64,000 nt of DNA from an uncultured Acidobacteriota bacterium (GTDB taxonomy: Bacteria > Acidobacteriota > Thermoanaerobaculia > Gp7-AA8), in the NCBI GenBank assembly GCA_963741955.1, contig CAVUKB010000005.1, forward strand, positions 320,001 through 384,000. Direction: 5' to 3'. The position numbers and the translations under genes are program-made. Of this stretch, positions 9,710 through 19,068 are shown piece after piece. How positions within the stretch are numbered: the first letter of the stretch is position 1; each line of letters opens with the position of its first letter. The notes below the pieces were generated by a model. The model was not told where the DNA came from. It was given only the letters and a program-made list of their open reading frames with translations, and did not search any database.

Positions 9710-11178
9710 GATTGCCGATTCGCGTCTACCTCACCGCCTGGTACAGCATCGTCCTTCTCGCGACACTGGTTCTGTTCAGCGGGCTGGCATACCTCTTCAT
9801 CGGACGCCACTTGAGGACTCTCGCAGAGGCGTCGATCCGCGGCACGATGATCTCGTTCCAGTCGGCCGTGATTGCGGAAGAAGCCGAAGAGCCGGGCGAT
9901 TCTCGGGTGAAGGTTCTCCGAGAGGTGGCGGCCGATTTTCGATTCAGTGGATTTCAGATCGTGGTGTTCGATGCGCACGGCCGTCCCATCGCATCTTCCG
10001 GGAACCGGGACGGGCTTCCGGTCGGCATCGATCCGGAGATCCTGAATCTCGGACGAGGCCCCGCAGTGCTGCGACACCTGCACGGGGACGGCGCACGGGA
10101 ACGACGAGTGCTGGTGGGACGGACGACGTTCGGTCCGTCCAGCTATGCAACGGTGATCGTCGGCTCGCTCGCGGCGGAGCGGAGACTGCTCGAACTGCTC
10201 CGGACGGCCTACCTCGTCGGCATCCCTCTCGCCCTTCTGCTGTCTGCCGTCGGAGGATATCTTCTCGCCCGGCGCGGGATGACACCCGTGGCTTCGATCA
10301 CCAAGACGGCCGAGAGGATCAGCGCGCGAAATCTCGACGAGCGGCTCGAAGGAGAAGAAGGATCGGACGAGCTGGCGGCGCTGGTCAGAGTGCTCAATGC
10401 CCTTCTCTCGCGACTTCAGATCGCGTTCGAACAACAGAAGAGTTTTCTCGCCGACGCGTCGCACGAGCTGCGCACACCGATGACCATCATTCAGGGTGAA
10501 GCCGGCGTCGCACTTTCCAGGGAGCGGAGCGCTTCCGAATACCGCGAAGCGCTCGAGATCGTGCACGCCGAAGCAACGAATCTCATGCACGTGGTGGAGA
10601 ACCTCTTCCTGCTGGCCCGCGGCGACGCGAAGAGATATCCGCTCGAGAGACGGGCGGTCGATGCTGCGGAGCTGCTGCGCGAATCGCTCCACAGTCTCCG
10701 TTCCCGAGCAGGTTCACGGGATGTGAGCCTCCATCTTCAGTGCGATCCTGCGCTCGCGCTCTCCGGCGACGAAGATCTACTCCGCCGCATGCTGGTCAAC
10801 CTGCTGGACAACGCAATCCGTCACACCCGCGGTGGCGGTGTCGTTTCAGTGGAAGCATCGAGGAAGGGGGCCGACGTTCGGATCTCGATTCGAGACCAGG
10901 GCCCGGGCATTCCATCCTCGGCACAACCTCATCTGTTCGAGCGCTTCTATCGAGTGCGGCAGAATCCTCCGGGCGTGGAACAGGGAGGCGGCGGCCTCGG
11001 GCTCTCGATCGTCCGCTGGATCGCGGAGCTGCACGGGGGACGTGCATTGCTCGAATCGACCGGGGCTGAAGGCTCCACTTTCGTGGTGCTTCTTCCTGCC
11101 GGCGACGATTCACCCGAGAACCGGACCGGGGAGCCACCGTCGGCCACCACTCCGAGTATTGCGACGTCCAGGTGCTGA
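9706..11178 (+). CDS. Sensor histidine kinase (CusS/CzcS-like; 2 TM, HAMP, HisKA, HATPase)
   Basis: FLADASHELRTP, NLLDNAIRH, DQGPGI, GLGLSI; ATGA overlap with regulator. Confidence 0.95.
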   Translation: MRLPIRVYLTAWYSIVLLATLVLFSGLAYLFIGRHLRTLAEASIRGTMISFQSAVIAEEAEEPGDSRVKVLREVAADFRFSGFQIVVFDAHGRPIASSGNRDGLPVGIDPEILNLGRGPAVLRHLHGDGARERRVLVGRTTFGPSSYATVIVGSLAAERRLLELLRTAYLVGIPLALLLSAVGGYLLARRGMTPVASITKTAERISARNLDERLEGEEGSDELAALVRVLNALLSRLQIAFEQQKSFLADASHELRTPMTIIQGEAGVALSRERSASEYREALEIVHAEATNLMHVVENLFLLARGDAKRYPLERRAVDAAELLRESLHSLRSRAGSRDVSLHLQCDPALALSGDEDLLRRMLVNLLDNAIRHTRGGGVVSVEASRKGADVRISIRDQGPGIPSSAQPHLFERFYRVRQNPPGVEQGGGGLGLSIVRWIAELHGGRALLESTGAEGSTFVVLLPAGDDSPENRTGEPPSATTPSIATSRC

Positions 11179-11413
11179 TCGTCACTGACCGAAGCGGTGC
11201 AGGATGCTTTCGGACCGTGCGGCACGTAAACGCCCGAGGAAGAGAGCGAACGCTCTCGACGTGTTGGGACGAGAATCGCGGAGACGAGCAACGCGGCCGA
11301 GTACGACGAGAGCACGTCGCACCAGTCGCCTCCTGACAGAGGATCTGATGCTGTTCCAAGCGCTGGATCGAGGGGACTGCCAGCCGAAGAGCTGATGATT
11401 CCAAAGACTCAGC

Positions 11414-12208
11414 CTATCGAGGATTTCGCGTGAAGACGTTTTCGAGCCGGTCGACCTGGTCGAGGATCGACTTCGCCACCTTCTCGGATTCCGTGACCGA
11501 GCTCGCAATCTCCAGTTTCTTCACCTCGGACTCGAACGCTTTCGCCTCACTCCCTCCGCCGTGACGTTCGACTTCGGGTCTGACCGAATCCCACCTCCGA
11601 CGGATCTCGTGGGCAGTCCGCTTGAGCGCCGCCTCATCATTCGCTGCTGCGTCCGTCTGGATTTTACGGCCTTCGTAATCGAGCAGAGACACCTCCACCG
11701 GCGTTGGAACGCTGTACCGACGCATCAGCTCTGCGGCCTGGCGGGTCATCTCGTTCGAGACGCTCATCGTTCCCAGACGATCCTGCTGTCGGATCTTCGT
11801 CTCCAGATCCGGAAGCGATGCGACGAGCGAGGGGTAGGCACCGCTGCTCGTCTTCAGATCGGCCGCTTTCGCTTCGGCTTGCTTCCACTGGCTGGTATAG
11901 GCCGCGTCATAGATATTCTCCGCGTACTCGGCAGAGTCGGTAAGGGACGAGGGCGGCGGCTCAGTGGAGTTCGCCATGGTCGAGGTCTGCGGAGAGGTCG
12001 GCTCGTTTCGGGTCGTGGAGGAAGTCGCCGTCATCGGCGGTGCCGCCGCCCTGTACGTGCCGGACGTTCCGACAGTCGAGGTGGATTCGTTCCCCTGCTT
12101 TGCGCAACCGGTCAAACCTGCCAGGGTCATCAACAGGAGCAACCCCGCCGTGCCGATCCCCACCAAGAAGTGTTCGAAGAGCCTTCTGCTCGGAAATTCT
12201 GGGGACAT
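11414..12208 (-). CDS. Hypothetical lipoprotein (S/T/P linker plus helical domain)
   Basis: Lipobox LTGC; SD aaaggag upstream of ATG at 12208. Confidence 0.7.
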   Translation of the reverse strand: MSPEFPSRRLFEHFLVGIGTAGLLLLMTLAGLTGCAKQGNESTSTVGTSGTYRAAAPPMTATSSTTRNEPTSPQTSTMANSTEPPPSSLTDSAEYAENIYDAAYTSQWKQAEAKAADLKTSSGAYPSLVASLPDLETKIRQQDRLGTMSVSNEMTRQAAELMRRYSVPTPVEVSLLDYEGRKIQTDAAANDEAALKRTAHEIRRRWDSVRPEVERHGGGSEAKAFESEVKKLEIASSVTESEKVAKSILDQVDRLENVFTRNPR

Positions 12209-12247
12209 CTCGTCCGCTCCTTTCCGTACCATTCTGGGAGATCCACC

Positions 12248-12296
12248 ATGAACCGTGAATGACTTCGCAGATCGCAATCGTTCAGTGTGCGTTCAT
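12248..12296. promoter_or_regulatory. Putative inverted pair of OmpR-type direct-repeat boxes in a divergent promoter
   Basis: ATGAA-N6-ATGAC on + (12248-12263) and ATGAA-N6-CTGAA on - (12281-12296), both with 11-bp period. Confidence 0.35.
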
Positions 12297-12404
12297 CTCG
12301 CGAAGCATGTAATCGATGCAGCAGGCATCCGGTCGTGGTCCAGGTGGGGCCACCTGCACCCGACGCCATTCCCGGTCGGACACGAAAGAGAGGGAGATCG
12401 CGCA

Positions 12405-13256
12405 GTGATCGTGAGACGCAGCTTGAACCTTCTTCTTGCAATTACGTTGACGGTGTCGGCCGCGTCGGCGGCTGAGCTCTCTCCGGGCGACTCGCAAGAT
12501 CCTTCAGTTCCGAGCGCGAGGTCCAGCCGGTCGAATCCCGTGGTTCGGGAGCTCAGACGCTACGAGCGCGACGCGATCTCCATGGCAAAGGCTCCGGCGC
12601 ACTGGGATCGCCACACGTGGCTCCGATTCGCCGAAGGGACGGGGGCAGTGGCGACGGTGTTCGCGGCGGACAAGCCTCTTTACGACGCGGTGCAGCGCAA
12701 CCGGAATCACACCACGGACGACTTCGCGAGAACGGTCACGCCGTGGGGAGCGAAGCGGGCGGAAGGAATCTCTGCGCTGCTCATCGTGGCGGGGAGCTGG
12801 AGCGGAAACGCGGAGATTCGTGATGCCGGGCGTGACTCTCTGGAGTCAGAGATCTTCGCGGCGGGGATCGTCACCCCGGTCATCAAGCGAATGGTGGGAC
12901 GCTCCAGGCCGATCCAGCAGGAGGGAACGCATTCGTTCCATCCGCTTTCGGGAGCTCACCAGAGCTTCCCGTCCGGACATGCAACCAACGCGTTCGCGTT
13001 CGCGACGGCCGTCGCCGCCCACTCTCACGGATGGCTGGTGCCGACGATCGTCTATTCGATGGCCACGAGCGTCGCGCTTTCCAGGGTGAACGACGAGAAG
13101 CACTTCCCCTCCGACGTCCTGGCAGCGGCACTGATCGGGCGTGCGGTAGCGAAGGGAGTGGTCTACCGTCACCAGCACGGGGCGGCGGCGTGGGAGATCT
13201 CTCCTGCGATGTTCGGTGACGCACCCGGCATTTCCGTGCACATCGTGGTGAGGTGA
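12405..13256 (+). CDS. PAP2-family phosphatase, exported
   Basis: KRMVGRSRP, SFPSGH, SRVNDEKHFPSDV; signal peptide. Confidence 0.92.
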   Translation: MIVRRSLNLLLAITLTVSAASAAELSPGDSQDPSVPSARSSRSNPVVRELRRYERDAISMAKAPAHWDRHTWLRFAEGTGAVATVFAADKPLYDAVQRNRNHTTDDFARTVTPWGAKRAEGISALLIVAGSWSGNAEIRDAGRDSLESEIFAAGIVTPVIKRMVGRSRPIQQEGTHSFHPLSGAHQSFPSGHATNAFAFATAVAAHSHGWLVPTIVYSMATSVALSRVNDEKHFPSDVLAAALIGRAVAKGVVYRHQHGAAAWEISPAMFGDAPGISVHIVVR

Positions 13257-13390
13257 CCGGGGGTCCGAGAAGAGCCGGCTTGTTCATCGTCGAGACCATC
13301 AGGGAGAGGGCGTGCGGGCGTACTCCGAGCGGGCGCGTGGGGCGCCAGTGTCCCGCGGAGTCCGAATTCGTCGCGTCCGCTCGGTAGTCG

Positions 13391-13693
13391 GCAGATCGAG
13401 GGTCAGAGCTCGAGTCAGGGTTAGATCGAGGGTCAGAGCCAGCCTCACCCAAGGCGCGCGGATCGAGCGCGGGTTAGATCGAGGGTCAGCGCGGGTTAGA
13501 TCGAGGGTCAGAGCCAGCCTCACCCAAGGCGCGCGGATCGAGCGCGGGTCGAGGGTCAGGTCGAGGGTCAGAGCTTCCGGTTTCGGTCGACCATTCGGTC
13601 CGCAGATCGAGGGTCAGAGGTCCGATCAACAATCACCTCGTTCCTCCTCTCGGCCGTCCGAATATCGAGAAGAACTCGAGAGGCTCTGACCCC
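13391..13693 (+). repeat. Irregular (GA)TCGAGGGTCAG(AGC) array upstream of the RAYT, plus one inverted copy at 13683
   Basis: About 7 motif copies (13394, 13424, 13477, 13499, 13549, 13561, 13605), a ~53-bp unit present twice, gctctgacccc at 13683-13693. Confidence 0.9.
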
Positions 13694-13906
13694 AACTTTC
13701 GGTTCTCTGTGGCAGATCGTCCCTGGTCCGAGTGAAACGTGCCCCTTCTGGATGATCCGTCGAACGGATATGGACTCTACACATCGTAGACTTGGTGGTA
13801 CGCACGTTTCCATTCCGAGGAGGTTTTCGCCCAATTTCGAACGATCTTGCGTGTCGAGAACGAAAAGCCTCGGAGATCCGGAAACTCCGAGGTACGCTTT
13901 TGTCTC

Positions 13907-14944
13907 ATGAGCCGACCTTTACGGTGTGAATTCGAAGGCGCCTTCTGGCATGTGACGTCCAGGGGCAACAACTCCCAGGACATCTTTCTCGACGACTCGG
14001 ATCGACATAAGTTCCTCGAGCTCCTCGGCATGACGATCGGGCGATACAAGTGGATCGTTCACGAATACATCGAAATGACGACTCACTACCACCTGGTGAT
14101 CGAGACGCCAGAAGTCACGCTGAGCCGAGGAATGCAATGGCTCAACTCGCGCTACGTCGCGTGGTTCAACAAACGGCATGGCCGTCACGGACATCTTTTC
14201 GGAGGACGGTTCAAGGGAATTCTGGTCGACAAGGACGAGTATTTCCTCACTCTCTGTCGATACGTCTCCAGAAATCCGGTCGCGGCCGGAATGCGCAGAC
14301 ATCCGCAACAGTGGCGATGGAGCAGCTATGGTGCAAAGGCGGGCATGAGTACGGTACCCGTCTGGCTGGAGGTCGACAGAACGCTCGACATGTTCGACCC
14401 CAACGATCGTCGCGAAGCGCAACGACTATACCGGAAGTTCATTGATGCGCCATCCGCCGCGGACGACAGGATCTGGGACAAGGTGCGACATCAGGTCTAT
14501 CTTGGAGGCGAAGAGTGGATGGCCAGAATTCAGGCCGAGATCGACAGGAAGCCTAGAAGCGACGATCATCCAAAAGTCCAGCGTCACATCTACCGACCTA
14601 GAATGGACCAGATCATCGAGGCTGTCTCGGAAACCATCGGAATATCCGCGGACGAGATCCGCAACCACCGCGGAGAACCGGCCCGGGCAATCGTCTCGTA
14701 TCTGGCGGTCTACGAGGGAATTCACTTCCATCGTTCTGTCGCGAAGGAGCTCGGCGTGGGAACCAGCCGAGTGTCAGCCCTCGTGAAGGAGTGTCGCACG
14801 AGGATCGAGAATGATCCTGGATTCGCAGAGAGCGTGTCGGAGACGAGAAAACGTCTAGAGAATCGCCCCCCGACGGTTCCGTACGTGCTGCAGCATCAGG
14901 CAAGAGACCTGCTTCGCGAAGCGCCGCCATCTGCGTCGACTTGA
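13907..14944 (+). mobile_element. RAYT/TnpA(Y1)-type HUH tyrosine transposase/nuclease with C-terminal DnaA/TrpR-like HTH
   Basis: MSRPLR, WHVTSRGN, HUH motif MTTHYHL, GHLFGGRFKGILVD, catalytic Tyr in RYVSRNPV, WRWSSY; C-terminal IIEAVSETIGIS...ARAIVSYLA...VAKELG. Confidence 0.9.
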
Positions 14945-15205
14945 TTCCTATCGGAGACCGTTGTCGAGCACGGCAACATCTGCGGTCATTCACGTCGCGC
15001 AGGAGCAACATCCGAATAGAAATGAATTCGATTGTTCTTCGCGACGCTCGCCGCGACGCCGGAGATTTCCTTCGAGCAGGCTGGCGCGATGCCGCTCGCA
15101 GCGAGTTCCAGCGCGCAACATGACCTGAAACGCCCCGTCGAGCCTCCGGCGATCTCCTCTTGACACGATTCGAAACCCACCCCGCCGGATTCCGCACCGA
15201 ACCCA

Positions 15206-15339
15206 GCTCTGACCTCGACCTCTTGCTCTGATCCGGCCCTTGCTTCCTTGCTAACTCAAGCTCTGACCCTCAGACGGCTGCTGACCCTCAGACGGCTGGC
15301 CTTAGCCGGCCTCGGGCTCTGACCCTCAGACGGCTGGCC
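15206..15339 (-). repeat. GCTCTGACCC array downstream of the RAYT, inverted relative to the upstream array
   Basis: ctgaccctcagacggctg x3 (15263, 15281, 15319) plus degenerate gctctgacc and gctctgatcc copies. Confidence 0.88.
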
Positions 15340-15385
15340 CAGTCACTTCCGCCCAGGGGCGGGCCTTCTGATCATCAAAACTGCT

Positions 15386-16186
15386 TCAGAAGCCGAAACT
15401 CACTTTTGCGGCGTACGAGCGCGTCTCCGATTGCGTCGCTTCGATCACAATCTTCGGGATCAGAAGCGAGAGCCGCACACCAAGCGTGTAGCGGCCTTGC
15501 TGGAAGTCGTCCGACAGCGTCACCGGGGCGCCTCCGATGGCGGACGACTCGATGGTCCCCTTCGCGTTCGTCCGGGTGATTCCTGCTCCCGCATACGGCG
15601 TGATCGGACCGATCCCTTTGCTCAGAAAAATTTCCGCACCGTACGTCTTCAAATCGAACACGTCGACTCCCGAGATCTGTCCGTAGCTCGCGCGCACCGC
15701 GAGCGTCGGCTTTACCAGCCCGCCGTCAATGATCGGAACATCCAGCGCACCGCCGATCATCTTCACGTCGCTGTTTGGGATCTTCGCAAAAGATGCCGAG
15801 AGGGTTCCGAAGACGATGCCCTTCGATGCCACGATCCGCGGCACGACGAGATAGCCGCTGGTTGTCAGATCCGATCTCGAAGCGACCGAATTCACCCACC
15901 ACGCCTGGTTGTCGTCGATCGGAATCGCCGTCGCCGCAACTCCGACGTCGAACCCGAGGAGTCCCCCACCCCGCGCGGGATTGACCGGGGTCGGGAAGAT
16001 CGCCTGCGCAACCGTGGCCGAGAACTGGTGGAACTGATCCTGGGTGATGGCGGGATCGAACGTCACGTCACCTGCCCGTGCCACCCCCGCAAACAGCAGA
16101 ATTAGAAGAGCTGCGAGATGTACTCGTTGCTCAAAAGAAATCCTGATGGGGTGAAACCAACTCGATCGCCGCGCTGCTGCAGCCAT
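15386..16186 (-). CDS. Conserved exported protein, probable outer-membrane beta-barrel
   Basis: Hydrophobic signal LAALLILLFAGVARA, beta-rich, ends KVSFGF; start uncertain and overlaps the hemW 3' end. Confidence 0.65.
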   Translation of the reverse strand: MAAAARRSSWFHPIRISFEQRVHLAALLILLFAGVARAGDVTFDPAITQDQFHQFSATVAQAIFPTPVNPARGGGLLGFDVGVAATAIPIDDNQAWWVNSVASRSDLTTSGYLVVPRIVASKGIVFGTLSASFAKIPNSDVKMIGGALDVPIIDGGLVKPTLAVRASYGQISGVDVFDLKTYGAEIFLSKGIGPITPYAGAGITRTNAKGTIESSAIGGAPVTLSDDFQQGRYTLGVRLSLLIPKIVIEATQSETRSYAAKVSFGF

Positions 16187-17235
16187 CCTTCGCTCGTTCC
16201 TCTTCGTGTCCATTCCGTACCCTCCCTCCCGGTCAGTTCGATCAGCTCAGCATACCCGATGCCCGCTGTCTGCCGAAGCGAGAGAAAGATGCGCTCCCGT
16301 CGCTGCTCTTCCTCCCCGAGGCTCTCGGAAAAGACCGTCGGGACCTTTCCCTCGCCCAGTCGTGCGATGTATTCACGGACCTCGCGAGTGTTCGCGAAGC
16401 GTTCCTCGCCCACGAATGAATGACTGCCGAGTCCGACACCGAGGTAGTGCTCACGCTGCCAGTATTTCAGGTTGTGACGCGATTCTTCGCCCGCCCGGGC
16501 GAAATTACTGATCTCGTAGTGCCGCAGCCCCCGACGCTCACTCTCCTCGATCGCATGGAGATACAGCTCCGCCGTCAACTCGTCCTCCGGCAGCGCTGTC
16601 CGTCCGTGTCGTACCTGCTTTTCGAGCGCCGTCCCTACTTCGAGGTCCAGTATGTAGAGCGACAGATGACCGGCCCCTTCGTCAATGGCAATCCTGAGCG
16701 ACTCCTCGAACGACCGCCGCGTCTGGTGCGGCAGCCCGATCATCAGATCGACATTGACTCGGAGACCACTGCGTACCGCGACCCGCAGCGCTTCGATCGC
16801 TTTCGTCCGCCCGTGCCCTCTTCCCAGCGGAAAGAGCTCGGGATCATGGAAGGACTGGACGCCGATACTGACCCGGTCGATTCCCAGCGTCTTCCATCGC
16901 TCGACCGCCTCCTCATCGACGTCTTCCGGATTCGCCTCCAGGCTGAATTCGAGCCCGTCCTGGAGCTGGTACGCGCCTCGGATGGCCGCCACAACCTTCT
17001 CCAGGCCTCCGGCGGACAGTCGAGAAGGCGTCCCTCCGCCGAAGTAGAGGGTCTCGACCCGGGCTCGTTCAGCACGCCGAAGCGCGATCTCGCTCACCAG
17101 GGCACGCACGTAGGCCTCTTCGAGCGACAGATCCGTCGAGATGGCAAAGGGGCAGTAGGAGCAGCGGATCCGGCAGAACGGAAGGTGAACGTAGAGTCCC
17201 AGATGGCCGGACTCGGCCGCCAGATCGAAGTTCAT
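16102..17235 (-). CDS. hemW: Radical SAM heme chaperone HemW
   Basis: LYVHLPFCRIRCSYCPF, YFGGGTPS, YEISNFA, HNLKYW. Confidence 0.92.
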   Translation of the reverse strand: MNFDLAAESGHLGLYVHLPFCRIRCSYCPFAISTDLSLEEAYVRALVSEIALRRAERARVETLYFGGGTPSRLSAGGLEKVVAAIRGAYQLQDGLEFSLEANPEDVDEEAVERWKTLGIDRVSIGVQSFHDPELFPLGRGHGRTKAIEALRVAVRSGLRVNVDLMIGLPHQTRRSFEESLRIAIDEGAGHLSLYILDLEVGTALEKQVRHGRTALPEDELTAELYLHAIEESERRGLRHYEISNFARAGEESRHNLKYWQREHYLGVGLGSHSFVGEERFANTREVREYIARLGEGKVPTVFSESLGEEEQRRERIFLSLRQTAGIGYAELIELTGREGTEWTRRGTSEGWLQQRGDRVGFTPSGFLLSNEYISQLF

Positions 17236-17311
17236 ATCGCTGTGGTGAACAACCTTCGACAGCCTCTGATTCGCGCGGGAGGCACTTTACGAAATTGAAA
17301 AGCGGTTCGCT

Positions 17312-17320
17312 TGTTATAAT
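17312..17320 (+). promoter_or_regulatory. Extended -10 promoter, probably giving a leaderless mRNA
   Basis: TGtTATAAT 6 nt upstream of ATG 17327, no SD. Confidence 0.7.
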
Positions 17321-17326
17321 TGCGGT

Positions 17327-19060
17327 ATGTCTGACCGAGCCGCCACCCGCAGGCCCCGCCTGCTCTGGACGCTACTCGCGGCCCTGATCCTCGTCAGCGT
17401 TCCTCCCCTCCTGATCTCGCATTACTTCCTGATCGGGATCAACCGTGATTCGCTCGAAACGCTGGAGAAGAAGTACCTGACCCGTTCAGCGGTCGGGATC
17501 GCCAGCGACGTCCAGAACCTGGTCTGGAGTTATAAACAGCAGCTCACCAGCATCGCGGCCGGCTTCGTCACCACCGAGGATCTGCTCCCCGCGGGGAAGG
17601 ACCTCGTGACGTACGCAGCCGAGGCGAATCTGATTTCCGGGTACACGAACTCCGATCCCGATCTTCTGGCGCTGCGAGTGGTGAATCGCAAGGGGCGGGG
17701 TGCCGGAGCGCAGCCCGACGGGTTGAATGCGGCCGTGGTCGACGAAATGAACCAGGCCGCGGCGGTGGCCTTACAAGGTCAGCCGTATGTCGGCCATTTT
17801 CAGTACGTTGCGGTCCTGAATCAGCCGGCGGTGGTGATCGCAGTACCGATGATCGACGCGAGCGGAACCGTCTCGGGTACGCTCGAGGCGCTGGTCAGCC
17901 TGCGCAAGATCGCCGACCGGGTGCGCGAAGAGGGGAAGGGAGACGTGACGGCTTTCGTCGTCGACCGCTCCGGCCGCGTGCTGATCCACAGCGAGCCGGC
18001 AATCAGCGTTCAGCGACCCGATTTCTCGAATCTCAAGATCGTCCAGGAATACATGAAGGCGCCGGTCCGCCTCACTGAGTCCTACCGTGCACCCTCGGGA
18101 ACCGAGATGGTGAACATGCTCGGAACCGTTGCCCCGGTATCGACTCCGGATTGGGGAGTGATCGTCCAGAAGGAAGAGTCCAAGGCGTTCGCCTCGGTGC
18201 GGAAGATGATGCGAGGGACGATCGAATGGATCAGCGTCGCCATCCTTCTCGCGATCGTGGTGGGCGTCGGGTTCGCGACCGGCATCTCGAGACCGATCCG
18301 CATTCTCGCCGACCGGACCCGGGAGATCGCCTCAGGGAATTACCAGCAGCGGGTCGAAGTCCGCTCGAGAAACGAGATCGGTGAGCTCGCCGACAACTTC
18401 AACAGCATGTCGCAGGAGATCGAGAAGTCGATCGAGCAGCTGAAAAAGGCGGCGAACGAGAATCATCTCCTCTTCATCAACTCCATCCGGATGCTCGCTG
18501 CCGCGATCGACGCGAAGGATCCTTACACCCGCGGCCACTCCGAGCGCGTCGCGCGCTACTCGATCGCGATCGGAAAGCATCTCGACCTCTCTCCCGACGA
18601 GTTGCGGAATCTCCGGATCAGCGCACTTCTCCACGACGTTGGAAAGATCGGCATCGACGATCGGATTCTGCGGAAGCCGGGGGCGCTGACCGACGAAGAA
18701 TTCGAAGTCATGAAAACCCATCCGGAAAAGGGTGCTGCGATCATGGGCGGAGTTCCGCAGCTGGCCAACTGCATTCCCGGAATGCGGTACCATCATGAGA
18801 AATGGGCGGGCGGCGGTTATCCCGACGGGGTCAAGGGCGAACAGATCCCACTTCAGGCGCGCATCGTCGCGGTTGCAGACACGTTCGACGCCATGACCAC
18901 GAACCGCCCCTACCAGAAGGCGATGGAGCTCGGATACGTGGTGGAGAAGATCGTCAGTTTCGCCACCACCCGATTCGATCCGCGCGTGGTGCAGGCGTTC
19001 GTCAAGGCCGTCAAGCACAACGAGATCCAGGTGGAAGAACAGATCCGGGGAGCGGCCTGA
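17327..19060 (+). CDS. Membrane HD-GYP phosphodiesterase (Cache, HAMP, HD-GYP)
   Basis: TRGHSERV, LLHDVGKIG, HHEKWAGGGYPDG, VADTFDAM. Confidence 0.93.
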   Translation: MSDRAATRRPRLLWTLLAALILVSVPPLLISHYFLIGINRDSLETLEKKYLTRSAVGIASDVQNLVWSYKQQLTSIAAGFVTTEDLLPAGKDLVTYAAEANLISGYTNSDPDLLALRVVNRKGRGAGAQPDGLNAAVVDEMNQAAAVALQGQPYVGHFQYVAVLNQPAVVIAVPMIDASGTVSGTLEALVSLRKIADRVREEGKGDVTAFVVDRSGRVLIHSEPAISVQRPDFSNLKIVQEYMKAPVRLTESYRAPSGTEMVNMLGTVAPVSTPDWGVIVQKEESKAFASVRKMMRGTIEWISVAILLAIVVGVGFATGISRPIRILADRTREIASGNYQQRVEVRSRNEIGELADNFNSMSQEIEKSIEQLKKAANENHLLFINSIRMLAAAIDAKDPYTRGHSERVARYSIAIGKHLDLSPDELRNLRISALLHDVGKIGIDDRILRKPGALTDEEFEVMKTHPEKGAAIMGGVPQLANCIPGMRYHHEKWAGGGYPDGVKGEQIPLQARIVAVADTFDAMTTNRPYQKAMELGYVVEKIVSFATTRFDPRVVQAFVKAVKHNEIQVEEQIRGAA

Positions 19061-19068
19061 TCACGTTG

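Noticed and set aside
13391-13693. CRISPR array
   Set aside because: The repeat is only ~10-16 bp, spacers are very uneven and partly duplicated, and no cas genes are in the window.
14945-15200. Second decayed RAYT on the minus strand (GVSGHVARWN resembles WHVTSRGN)
   Set aside because: Similarity is limited to a few residues; no HUH or catalytic Tyr motif.
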